Source: Balanoglossus misakiensis
Lineage: Eukaryota > Animalia > Hemichordata
Assembly (NCBI GenBank): GCA_040954595.2
Contig: CM082593.2
Location: 5,101,434-5,165,433 of the forward strand
DNA length: 64,000 nt
Direction of reading: 5' to 3'
A program made the translations under genes and the position numbers. Of the stretch, positions 51,101 to 64,000 are shown one piece after another (within the stretch, counting starts at the first letter, position 1; every line of letters starts with the position of its first letter). Below the pieces are notes generated by a model. It made no database searches. It was not told the DNA's origin and worked only from the letters and a program-made list of their open reading frames with translations.

Positions 51101-54100
51101 TTCTAATTCTGGCAGTGAAGTATTGAGATCAACAGGTAATGTGAAAATTGTGTGACGGTGTCATCAAGGATTTTGATCTGTTAATGCATGTATATGTACT
51201 GGTATTGCTATGATTGAATATTGTCATGTTGTATTTCCCTACGTACCGGTACAACCATTTTATCAACACCTAATAAATATCGCTTACAGTATCCGTTTAT
51301 CCAATATAAATTTTGCTTCAACTATGTGTGAATCGGGCAAAACCAAAGTCAGTTCTGGCATGTATTAACTGTTCTATACCCATGCTTTCCTATTCTCAGT
51401 TCGTGTCAGTATCAGGGTTTCAGACGTCAACGACGAGGTACCAGTGTTTACCCAGTCGGTCTACAGCCGACCGGACCTCAGCGAAAATGCCGGAAGCGGC
51501 ACATCCGTGGTGTTGGTGTCGGCAGAAGATCCGGATCTGAATGGAGGCGGACTCGTCCGGTACAGCATCGCGTCCGGCAACGATGATGGAAAGTTCTCCG
51601 TCGACGCTCAGACCGGACTCATCATGACCCAGGACGACTTGGACTACGAGACGCGGAGCAATTACACCTTGGTTGTCACGGCAACAGACCAAGCCCCTCC
51701 TTTCTATACCAGCGTCGCCACGGTTATAGTGCACATTGTGAATACGAACGATGAGCCACCAGCTTTCAGTGAAACTCGATATGAAGGTGCGGTTCAAGAG
51801 AATGTCGCTATTGGTACGCCAGTGATAACAGTAAGTTTGTTTAAATCTTTGAAATTTGCTTCTCTGTGGAATATGTTTTCAACTTTGTTCTACTGATGCA
51901 AATGTTATGAAATGTCCTGTTGGTCTGTGGTATATGACCAATGTTGCCGTCAACCTTTATGTCTTTAAAATTCTGTATGGTAGCATTACTCAATTTCATG
52001 TTTACCTTTACATTTTCTGTACAACATCACCATAGCTTTTAAGCAAATGTTGATTTACATGCATAAAAGACATACTTTTAAATTTCGAGGTGATGGGGAA
52101 AGAAGGAAAACTCAGAGTGATGGATTCATGTTGCCATGTAGTCCCCCCTTGATTTTAACACACCTGTCAATTTCTTTTGTAGGTCACAGCTGTGGAATAC
52201 GACAACCAGAATCCAATACGTTATGAGATCGATCCGAATACAAACCCTGAGGCAATCAGGCTCTTTAAAATTGATGCTGTCACTGTAAGTCATCCAGTTT
52301 GGAAATTTAGTCCCCAATTCTAAGCAGACGTATGCTAAGAATTTGTCATATACGGTAGTGGGAATTTTGTAGGTTCATACACATTGACATGCAGCTTAAA
52401 AGCATGATTATAGATGCCTTAGGTTATGCAAAATTTATTTAACTCGTGCAAGACAGTTCGTGGTTAGTTTCATTTGTGAATAATTATGAATAATGTTTGT
52501 TTCAGGGTGTGATTTCAACTGATGGTGATATTGACAGAGAAGTGAGAAGTTTCTACACCATCAGTGTCCTGGCTAATGACGGTGGTGTCGATAAGGGCTC
52601 TGCTACAGTAAGTCCTTTGTCATGTAGAAACAATTAAAGTATTGAGCCAGCTTTAACCGCTGAAAGAGTTACTAACTTTGAAATGATATTGGTTCACAGG
52701 TGTGGATAACTATTGATGACGAGAATGACAACGTGCCTGTGTTTGATGTTGTCTCTGATCTGACTGTGTCCGTTCTTGAAGAGGAGTTTACGCCCCTCAA
52801 CTCCATCATTGGAACCGTCAGAGCAACGGACATGGATGATGGAACTAATGCCCAGGTACGGTACATGAGTCATTTTCTTTATTGACCTCACATCAAGGGG
52901 ATAAATACTCATATATTTGCCCTGGTAGATGTAAATAGCGTGATTTCACCAATTTTTTGTAATTTTTATGTACTGTTTTTTTTTTTACAGATAAACTACT
53001 CTATTGAGAGTGGGAATGACAATGAAGTGTTTGCTGTTGTCAAGAACACAGCTGATGAGTGTGAAATCAGGAATATTAAGAATTTAGACCGTGAACTTCA
53101 GGATAAATATACTTTAGAGGTAAGTCATTAAAGGTTTAGTTTTCTTGGAAAATAAAGTTTAAAAGTAGTATGGGTGCATTTTTCAAAACCAATTCAGTTT
53201 CGTATTTTATGTCACCACATGAACAAAATTACACGACTTCTGTAGATACTGATGTAAAATATGCTTTTTGATAATACAACTCAGTGGTTTTTCGTTTTTT
53301 TTCCCCATTTTACCAGATTTCCGCATATGACGGTGGCACGCCCTCTCTCAGTAGCACAATGACCATGACAGTAATTGTCATTGATGTGAACGATAATGCT
53401 CCAGTGTTCAACATGTCTTACAAATATGATGTCACTATTGATGAGGTAAGGAAAATTTTTCATCAATTTAATTCTATTTTTTACCAACATTGTCATGCTC
53501 AGCAGCAGGGTTTTAGTGAAGTTTTTTGCCATGTTCCATCTTGCAAGCAGTATAATTTCGAGAAAAGAAAGAAAATCTCAAAATAACAAAATCAAGATGT
53601 TCACTATCTTGCTTGCAAGAAGACCAGAAATATAATTTTCCCCAAAGAGTCATTATAGATATTGGCAGCCATTTTGAAATTCAAATTCAGTAAATTGAAG
53701 GTAATTTCATAGTTGATCCTTAAAATTGACACAGTGAGTCTGATCTTGATTAATTTTATTTTTTTAAAGCATTGATTTAATTATTTTTGGTTGTAGAATG
53801 TTGGTGGAGGTACCCTTGTTACCACTGTACATGCCCACGATGCCGACAAACTTGGTTTGAATGGATTGAAGTATTACATCACAGATGGAAACTCAGACGA
53901 CACATTCAGGATGGACAGAAACACGGGAGAAATCTCCACGAGACCAAACCCTCCCGACAGAGAGAGGCAAAGTTTCTACAATCTGACGGTCTTGGTGCAA
54001 GATGAAGAGTATAATAATCAAATTCAAGAGGTATTGTCAGAATTTTCAAAGAACTCTCCCCCCCCCCAGGATATGGAATTGCATTGTGGGTAAAAAGTCG

Positions 54101-57100
54101 CCCACTCACTGTTGCCTTTCAATTTGTAACTTTTTCTGAATCTTTCATATTTTTTAAAGACGTACATCCAAGTCCTGGTGTATATCGCGGACAAGAACGA
54201 CAACCCTCCGATCTTCAGTCCGACCAGCTACACAGCAACAGTCCGAGAAGGCCCTGGGTCCAGTTCAATCAAAGTGGTTGACGTCAATGCCACGGATGAG
54301 GACCTTGCAGAGAATGCTGAACTGGTCTACGGCATTGTCAGCGGTGATGCCAATAGTTTGTTCAGTATTGATCCACAAACAGTAAGTCATGACTTTAGAA
54401 TAGTTTTTTTCCGAGAATAATGTCAAATTGTATGTTGGCAAAACTTCCGTCTTTGTCAACTGTGCTTGCTTGTGTTTCAAATTAGAAGATTTTGTATCTT
54501 TTTCAGGGTGAAATATTCACTTCACAAGAACTCGACAGAGAAGTGGCTGACACGTACTTTCTGGTGGCCACTGCAACTGATCAAGCAGTTGATCCGGACG
54601 AGAGACTAACTGGTACTGCTACTGTAAGTATAATTGTCTCATTCATGAGATCATGGTTAGCCTACAAGACTGAAGACCAGCACATTATTTTTCACATTAT
54701 TTCTTCTTGCATGTGATAACCAGAAGAAAACCATCAAGATGATTTTGTTGTCAGACTTGCTATTCTACTTTGAATAGTACAGACTTCATATTGATTTTAG
54801 CCCTCAGTTCTAGTGAACTGCTTTTTATGATAGTTAAATAGACAAAGACTAAAACATGGTCCTTTTCGAACATTTAGCATAAAATTAATTGTTATATTTT
54901 TGTTGATAATTACCCAAACGAATATTGATTTCACACATTTACAACCCTATTTATTTTCAGGTGACTCTGACAGTGGAGGATGTGAATGACGTGGCTCCAT
55001 ACTTCCAGTCTTCATTTTTTGGTCCCTATTACATCGCTGAGGATACATCCGGTCCATTTGTTGGTTCTTTCCTGGCCGCCGATGAAGATGGTGGACTCAA
55101 TGGACATATCCAGTATTCACTGCTGGGATCTGTAAATGGTAAAACAGGAATTTCTATAAAGCAGTCCTTCAATTAGATTTACTGTATGTCAATTCTAAAC
55201 CCAATGCAAGTATTTTAAAATAGGTCGCAGATAACTTGCTCAGTTTTTCATGGATAGTACAGTTCTTCACAAGTCACTTCAGGACATTGACCTTTGGTGA
55301 TGATATAGAGAAAATGTTATCTTTCAAAGCATTCCTAATACATGTCTTTTACGTACACCCACAGATCAATTCAGTATATCGCCCTCTGATGGTGACCTGA
55401 GGGTAAAGAAAGGAACCGAGTTAGACAGAGAAGACGTTGATGTCTTCAATATCACCATAGTAGCAAGTGATAGAGGAACCCCGCCATTATCAGGAACTGT
55501 AAGTCGTATAGTTTTTTTCTTTTGAAGGTACAAATTTTTGCTGCCGTGAAAAAATTCTTGCTTCAGCATACTGTCGTAGTGTGGTGATGTTTTGTTACTG
55601 ATGTACAAGATGAAACTAAAACCATACAAGCAGCCATTTGCATTTCATGTTTCATATTCTTATCTGTTCTCAGACTGTGGTCCAAGTGATCGTGTCCGAC
55701 ATCAACGATAATGACCCGTCGTTCCAAGCCACTCCATACGCAGTTGCGATCAGTGAACACGTCCCCATCAATACCTCTATCTTCACTGTGTTGGCCACAG
55801 ACAATGATGTCGGTCCCAATGCGCATATCACGTACAGCATTACCAATGGAAATACAGAGAATGCTTTTTCGATTGATTATTTGGTGAGTACCGTACTTGA
55901 CAATGCTGTGTAATTTTTCAGACAAAATATGTGTAGCTGATTACTCAGAGATATTACTGCCTTACCATACACTACTAGACTGCTAATGGAACATGTCAGC
56001 ATGGCATAAAGCAATATACAATGTAGTATAGTGAAGAAAAACTGTTTAAGGTTTACTTAATATTATCCCCCTACATCTTTTTCAGACTGGAGTGGTGCGT
56101 GTAGCAAAAGACTCTTTGGACAGAGAAGTCACAGATCAGTATGTGTTGACAATTACGGCCAAGGACAATCCAGAAAATCCCAGCAATGCTCGAAGAGTAA
56201 GAACAAATTTTACTTCTGTTTTTGTTGTTGATATTTTGCGTATAAATACGGTACATTGGATTTTTGGTTGATAGAGCTGTACTCTCACAGTTTAGCAATT
56301 CTTGTACTTCTGCAGTCAGTACCAGAACTGAAAGTGTTCACATGTTATGTCCATATGCAGTGTGTCAAGGCAGAACCGCCAGTCACTTGGTATATTCCAG
56401 TAAACAGTGTGTATTGTCAAATGAATGACCAATCATGAGTTTCATTTTCATTTTTCAGGATGGCACTGAATTGATCGTCACAATACTGGACGAAAATGAC
56501 CAACCGCCCGTGTTCAGTCAGACCAGCTACACTGGCAGTGTCATGGAAAATGCAGCCGGCATTGCAGTCACCATGGTAACACAATTGCACTTCTTAGACT
56601 CATTCCTCTATGCTCTGTTTCACTGAATGATTTTCGATTGTGTAAATTGGCCACTACAATGTTCCACTGTCAAAAGTTGCGGCATATCATAGTTTTACTT
56701 TAAACACATTGCATTATTTGGAAGCCATTTTGCACACTTAGAGATACTATGTGTCTGCTTATTCTAACAGAACACTCTGATCCTTGCTGAAGATGGTGAT
56801 GATGGCTCCAATGCAGTTATGAAGTACAGCATCAATGGTGTGGGATCTGAATATTTCAGTATAGATGAAGATAGTGGTAAGGGTTAGCTTCTCAAGAAAG
56901 TTGGTCCTGAGTTTTGAAGATTTAGAATCTTTCTCACTAAATTTTAAAAAAACATTCCGATGGCAAATGTTAATTTTTTTTCTCTGACCTTATGAATTTG
57001 ATTATAATATCTTGTTAAACATTTCTCTTTCTCTCTGTCTCTCTCTCTCTTCAGCTGTCGTGAGTGTCAAACCAGATAGCCAACTGGACAGAGAAACTGA

Positions 57101-60100
57101 AAGTAGCTACACATTCACTGTGCTGGCTTCGGATATCGGAGGTCTCAACAATACAGCTGAAGTTGTGGTGGAAATACTGGATGAAAACGATAACAGTCCA
57201 GTATTTGTGCCAAGAGACATCACAAGACATGTATCAGAAAATGCCCAAGAAGGTGAATTTTGTTATTTAAGATTTCCTTATATAATGATCGATGCTATGC
57301 TGAATCTGTGGTTGCAAGAGTTGCTATGTATACACTCAGTAGATGTTATTGTCTGGTAAATAATTAATATATCAGAGATTGAAAACATCTTGTATTTTCA
57401 GTCCTTAAGTAACGTTTTCACTGTTCATGTACTATTGTACAGATTTTATTGTAACATTATGACGTATTTGACAGGTTTGGAGGTGAGCCAAGTGTCAGCC
57501 TCAGACATGGATTCAGGTCTCAATCAGCAAGTCACTTACAGGATAGAGAGTGGTGGTCAGGATAGATTCACTATCAATCCAGATACTGGCCTGATAAAAG
57601 TGAGTTGATAATTCTTCGTCGAATTCTTGAAATATCGTTTACATTAAATGCTGGCAATATGGTTTCTTGTGGTTTAGTGATAGCTTATTGTCTCAAATAT
57701 GACTATTTATGTAAAGCTGTGAAATTACAGTCATTTTTTATGCAAGAAATGAAAAGAAGATGGTTCCAAATAAATTTTTGTAATTTTCATCAGATTGCAC
57801 CTGGGCAGACTCTGGACCGAGAGCTCCGGGACCAATACACGCTGGTTGTCATAGCAACAGATCGAGGCAACCCATCTCAGTCTGGCACCGGGACGGTGAA
57901 TATCATAGTGGACGACATCAACGACACCCCGCCGCGTTTTGAGTCCCTTTCCCGGAGTGTCAATTTACCGGAAGATTCGCCCCTTGGCTTCCCAGCTTCC
58001 ACGGTGTCGGCCATCGATCCGGATGTCGATAGTCTGCTCCAGTACTCCATCATCTCCATTTCGGCATTCGACGAGGAGGAGAACGAAATCCAGGATCCTG
58101 CGGTGTTTGAGACGTGGTTTGAAATTGATCAGTTCTCTGGTGAAGTCATCGTCGACGGAATCTTGGACCGAGAGGTTGTGTCAACGGTTGTCATGACAAT
58201 TTCGGCTACAGACCTGAGTTCACTGTATCCTGACCGAAGCTCTAGTGATCCAAACAGTAAGTGATGGATGTTGTATATTTTCACTAATGTTTCCAACAAC
58301 CAGACTACAACATTTGTACCATGATAATTTGGAAATTTAAAGTTGCAGTATAACATGATGGAGGTGGGCTGTGGCTTTTAAAATTAATGCAACTTCCTCT
58401 ATCCTGGGCTTATTAGCAAATAAATGCCTTACAGAAATTTGATTATTTTGAAAGTTTGTAGGATATACAGAAAGGGAAATGTTCTGATCATACGACAGTG
58501 AAATCTTGTCATGAACTTCATCTAGGAGACTTTAAAACGTTTTGTTTTTGTGTTTGCAGTGGAGTTGACAGTGCACCTAACAGATGTCAATGACAACGAC
58601 CCAGTCTTTGTGCCAGGGGGTGTCACATTCATACACGAAATGATAGTGGAGAAAACACCAGGGGGTACAGTGGTATTGACCGTGCAGGCAGTCGACGCTG
58701 ATCAAGGTCTGAATGGTAGACTGACCTACCAAATCATCGATAATGACACAGATCTGTTGGTGATTACAGACCCATCATCAGGTGAGTAAAAAAATCATAT
58801 TTTATCAAGAATGCATTGTTTGAGGGCTGGCAATCTCCTTCTTGCTGTAGAGCAAAATTCCTTAGTGACAATTAATTAATTCAATCTCGACATGACTAAA
58901 ATTGGTCTGACCAATCTATTGTAGACTACTGGGTTTTTTTTCAAGTTTGTACTATTTTCTGTTGATGTCATTCAAAAAATACAGGTATATTATGATAACA
59001 TCACATTTGACAAAATCTGGATAGGTTTAATCAAAATGACATTAATTTTAATTCTATTTGTTTAGGTCTTATAACTGTGAACGGAGTGATAGACAGAAAG
59101 GACTATACTTGGTTGAATTTCACCGTGAGAGCCACAGACATGGGAGATCCCTCAAGAGCCACTGAAATCCCTGTGTATTTTGAAATCATCGAAGTCAATG
59201 ACAACAACCCGGAGTTTGAGAGAGGATTCTACGAGGCGGACATCTTGGAAAATGCCGCCATTGGGGACAGGGTGTTTGTCGTCACGGCGACCGATCCGGA
59301 CACCGGAAGTTTTGGCGAAATCAGATACTCTGTTGTTGGAGGCATTGGAAAGTTTACCATTGATAGTTTGAATGTAAGTTTGAACTGAAAAAAAACTGTC
59401 CCTGCCCTGATTTATACCATGTGGTACAAAACATACAGAGCCAAAATAATTTTTCACATCAAAAATTATCTTGACACAAATATGAGAGCAATAATATCGA
59501 GATTAATGCCGACAATGACAGGTATGTCAATTTGAAATGATTCATACCTGTAAACTTATGTACACACAACAAAAAAAGAATACTTTTATCACTCAGTATC
59601 AATATTTAGACAATTTATATCAGCTGAAAATGTCAGACCAAGATAAACACTGACCTGTGTGTACCACTAAGTTGTCTGCATATTTTACATTGTGTGCACT
59701 AAGCAAGCAATAAATCTGAAATCACAAAAATGAAACATACATGACTGACCTATATAATACATGTACATGTATCTATAACTACGTAATTTGAAATCTGATT
59801 GAAAAAGGCTTTTCCATTGTTTGCAGGGAACCATAAGTCTGGCCAGTACTCTGGACAGAGAGGTCAAGGCGGATTACACACTCACTGTCACTGCCAAGGA
59901 CAACCCGTCCGGTATCCCTAGCAACAGAAGAGAAAACTCGGTCTTGGTATGTTTCAGTCATTATTCGAGAACAAAAACGTATGTCATGTTTAGTGGATGT
60001 GTTTATGTGAATGTTTTTGTTAAAGTTGATTTGATGAAAATTTTGTCGTCTTTTTTAGGTGGCAGTAACAGTCCTAGACGTCAACGACAACAGTCCAGTG

Positions 60101-63100
60101 CCGACAGCGCCTTCGTTCAGCTTTGAAGTCCACGAGAACAGGGCGCCGTCAACCTTGGTTGGCACGGTAACAGCGGAAGATGCGGATGCAGGAGTCAATG
60201 GTGATCTGCTGTACACGATAGTAGAGAGAACAGACGGTAAATATTCCAGACAGGTTTTCTTGCTTTTGCAAGTAACCCTTTCTAGCCTGTTTCCTTGTGA
60301 ATAAATATTTTGTTTTGTGCATGATTACATCCCTATAAATGTACCAAGCACAGTAAAGTGTGAAGTGTTTTCACATTGTGTGTGTATTTTTTAATTTTTT
60401 TAGAGGATTTGTTCTTTGTGGCTGAACACACTGGTGGAATCTATACCACAGAAGCATTGGACAGAGAAGTGATCGACAGTGATGGGGTCATTACAATGAA
60501 AATCCAGGTTTGTGTCACAGTTTTTTGCGTGCCATCTGAAATGTGATGTCTCAAGTGGAGACAACACAGTGTGTATACAAGTTGAACGTATCACTGTTCA
60601 TAAAATTAAGTCATGCCAAAAGAAATACCAGAATGTAAAAGTCAGCTAGGGTCATACCACACTGATGATTTTATGTTTTATCCCAGTAGCATTATGTATT
60701 CCAGGACAGAATGTCTAATTTTGGTTTATTTTCTTCCTGTAGATCTCAGACCAGGGTACCCCAGCAAGGAGTGTGAATGTCAGCGTTGAAATCACCGTTC
60801 TGGATGTGAACGACAACAATCCTTACTTTGAGTATCCACTGTACAATGTCACTCTGAGTGAGAGTGATTTTGGAGGCACTGTGGTAAGTAGAGCTTTGGG
60901 AAAGTCATCTCGCATACCAGTGTTCTCTTATCTGTGAAAGCATTTTCATGTGCAGATACATGTAGGAGGGGCACTTATCCTGTTGTCACAACAAACAAAT
61001 CACAAGATCTGAGGACAATTAAACCACATATATTATATTTCTCTAAAGATGCTAGGTAGTTTTCTGAGAAGTAACTATTGTTCTCCAAGATATTTTAATA
61101 TTGAGCATTTTTGTCTTTGATAGGTGTTCCGATTCAGAGCCATTGACAAGGATCAAGGACAGACAATTTCATACTCGCTTGTAGAACACCATCTGTATGA
61201 TGAGTTTTCTTTGTCAGGTAACTATCATTTCTTTTTCTTTACCATTATCAGATGAGCATGATTTTTGTGAATATTACATATGATGCTTCATGTTTCAGTA
61301 ACATCATCTCAGCTGCAATGATGTACATTGTAGCAGTTACACACTTTGACTTGCTTGCAACGGTGTCGTATGGGACGCAGAAGATCGACACTCACTCTTT
61401 AACTGTATACTGCTATATAACTTTGAATCCACAGCCCAGACTGGTGATCTGACCATCGTGAAATCACTGGACTATGAGAGCAGGCCAGAGTATCTACTGA
61501 CAATAGAGGCAAGGGATCAGGATGGAAGACGAGGCCAGACCCAGCTGCACATCACCATAGCGGACACCAATGACCAAGCACCCATCTTTGAAGTCAATTT
61601 CTACCAGACAACTGTCAAGGAAGATGTCCAGCCAGGTAAGTGACAGACAGCGTGATAGATGTTGTCTGAGAGTTTTGTCTACAGTAATCAGTTCTCTTGC
61701 ATTAAAATGTATTAAATGTGATGTATTTTGCATTGAAAAAATTGCATTAAAAAATGGCCGAAAAAAATAATAGTTCGGTAAAAATAGTGTACATAGCTGT
61801 TGTATTGTGTGTAAAATTATGTACATACTGGAATATGAACACTATCCAAATTGTCTTTGAGTGAGTTTTCAGTGAATGACATTGACTATGTGAGCTACAG
61901 TGTTATTGGCGCTATTTTATTATACAGGTACAGTCGTTGGGGCTGTCAATGCTACGGACGCCGATTCAATCCGAGAGCACAGCATCATTCTGTATTACAT
62001 CATAGATGGTAACCCGGACAACACATTCACAGTGGACGAACGGACGGGCGAAGTGAAAACCAACAAACCCCTGGACAGGGAGAGTAAAGCGGAGTACGAG
62101 CTGAAGATCGAAGCCAGGAATCTTCTGCCGGTTGAGAGGACAGTGAACAGTAGGATACTGAATGACTTTGCCACTGTGAGTTGAATATATCTGAAAAAAA
62201 TCTGAACATAATGAATGTCTGATTTGACCGATGTCTCTGTTTTTAGTCCAAGAAGGGAATTTTTTTCTTGAGCACCATGTCCATTTTAGTGAGAACGGAT
62301 AATTCACCACTGCACAATGTAACTGAAGCCAAACTACAAGATGCTTGTATTCGTGATTTCTCCATTAAAATGCAAAATTTTACTTGGAAATACATGTGCA
62401 TGTATGTTAATACCACAATTGAGTGGAAATTCATGGATCAAAATTGTTGGCTGTGCTGTGACGTGAAGCGTGAATATTTAGATCACATTGTAATTTTTTT
62501 AAAATATTTCATAGATGATAGTTGCAATTGAGGATGTCAATGACGTGGCACCGATTTTCACCAAGCCGAACTACACCAGGCGGGTTCTTGAGAATGAACA
62601 GACAGGAACGATAATAATCGAGATAACAGCAGTTGACCTGGATGAAGGGACAAATGGTGAAGTCTTCTATGAAATTGTCGGCGGAAATGACAATGGTGAG
62701 TGTTAGGTTGTCATCAGAAGTGAATAATAAATATGATTACTCAATATAAGGGTCATATTGGGGTCAGTATAATTGTGTAACACACTCTTTGCGTATACTG
62801 TGCTCTGATTGGTCAGAATAGGACACGTGATGAAAACATCTCGAATATCTATTTCCCTTGGGAAACAATCATACTAACTGTAGCCTGAGACTATAAACAC
62901 AGCATCTTTTTATTGTCTTTCATACTACAGGTCAATTTGACATCGGTCGGCATTCGGGAGCCCTTGTCCTGGCGAAGTTATTCCAGCGCAACGTTCAGAT
63001 TGATTTCCGGTACGACCTGGTGATCCGGGCATCGGACTATGGAGTTCCGCCCCTGTCCACTAACACCAGTGTTTTGCTGCAAATTGTGGACGTCAACGAC

Positions 63101-63985
63101 AGAAAGCCAGTGTTTATCAATCCACGCAGCAACCAGACTCTTAGCATACCCGAGGTAAGTAAGTTTATTATCTGAAGTTGTATCATATTAAAGGAATATG
63201 AACATTGGTTGGAACAGTAAAATATATCTGACAACAATGGTGTTACCGGTAACTTGTATCCCTTGAAGTGTGTCCAGCATCACAGGAAAAGAGTCAGTGA
63301 AATTATTATCAAGACTTTTACCTTCATACATTCAGGCACACAGTCCTTGTATATGATAAATTTGAATTCAATCTCTCTGCAGTCTTCCTACTTTTATGAA
63401 TAACTAAATATAACAGTATGCATGTACACATATCTCTTCACTGAGGATCTAGTCACATTTCGGATTTCATTTATATCTAACCTTGTTTTATTCGTTCTAT
63501 TACAGAATGAACCCCCAGGCTACTTTATAACGCAGGTCCTCGCTGAGGATGGCGATCTGGGCAACAATGGCGATGTTCACTACGGATTCTTCAAAACAGA
63601 GGGTGAAAACCAAGACTGGCAACACTTCTACATCAACGAAGACAGCGGTGATCTTTACACTATGTTCACTGCCGACAGAGAAGAGAAGACCCACTATACA
63701 GTAAGTATGGTTTTGAAACCAGGCTAAAGTTATCAGATACCAAGTCAAGGTTGGAGCATATCTCAAAGATGACAGAAATATTAAAACAGGTTTACAGCAA
63801 GAAATGTATTCGAATGTAGTTTTCAATGGGACTATAATATTACATGGCTTGTATCATTCTTTGTATCATACAGATAGTGTTATTAGCCAAGGATCATGGT
63901 GAACCACAGTTTGAGACAACACTAACGGTGGTTATTCACGTGGAGGATGAAGATGACAATGCTCCGAGTTTTCCTGACTTCCGGG
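39127..63985 (+). CDS. CDH23: Cadherin-23 orthologue, 5' part (signal peptide plus 30 EC repeats; continues beyond the window). First exons 39127-39184, 39374-39466, 40812-40954, 41423-41473; last exon seen 63874-63985
   Basis: Signal peptide MKNTIIFLLLFYARITVVNG with no prodomain, then ANLPPNF, and repeated DRE/DYE and DxNDxxPxF motifs. CDH23-diagnostic strings occur in vertebrate order: EDVQD (EC2), NENDNRP (EC4), DQAPPF, LFKIDAVTG, ENVGGGT...FRMDR...TRPNPPDRERQSFY, KDNPENP, WLNFTVRA...EIPVY, SNRRENSV. The introns I traced are GT-AG and in phase. Confidence 0.95.
41082..41169. repeat. Near-perfect fold-back inverted repeat with G/C homopolymer arms
   Basis: gcagctgtaccgtt(g)nctgattaccc...ggggtgatcag(c)naacggtacagctgc in a CDH23 intron. 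Confidence 0.88.
41848..41883. mobile_element. Fragment of the same small element as 44507-44591
   Basis: accctttcaccatcttggtttggtccaaatc resembles the reverse complement of the right end of the 44507 element. Confidence 0.5.
44507..44591. mobile_element. Small MITE-like element with piggyBac-like CCC...GGG ends
   Basis: TIRs (aa)ccctttcacc...ggtgaaaggg(tt). The flanks tgaa/ttta resemble a decayed TTAA site. Confidence 0.65.
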
Positions 63986-64000
63986 TGAGTGGCGATTTTT

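Noticed and set aside
43137-63826. Many minus-strand ORFs within CDH23
   Set aside because: They are antisense shadows of the cadherin exons.

Overview
AT-rich, intron-containing genomic DNA from an animal. The H2A.Z C-terminus KKGSQKAT, the gene set and the mosaic CpG pattern suggest an invertebrate deuterostome, but that is inference. Left to right: (1) an unidentified spliced transcript running leftwards from the H2A.Z promoter; (2) a complete 5-exon histone H2A.Z gene (+); (3) two complete tandem 7-exon acid lipase genes of the LIPA/LIPF family (-); (4) a complete 9-exon DNAJB12/14 ER J-protein gene (+) with a 1.06-kb DNA-transposon-like insert in intron 4; (5) about 17 kb (22-39 kb) of CpG-rich non-coding DNA holding a CRE/TATA promoter with an ATG-free first exon, a dense E-box + CSL/Su(H) cluster and RFX X-boxes; (6) the 5' part of a cadherin-23 orthologue (+) running off the right edge. 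By my count the cadherin already has 30 EC repeats in the window, and five of them, in two blocks, have no counterpart in the 27-repeat vertebrate tip-link protein. Several small MITE-like elements and microsatellites are present. I found no tRNA, rRNA, CRISPR array, autonomous transposon or recognisable conserved miRNA. Comparisons with human sequences and gene order are from memory and need alignment.
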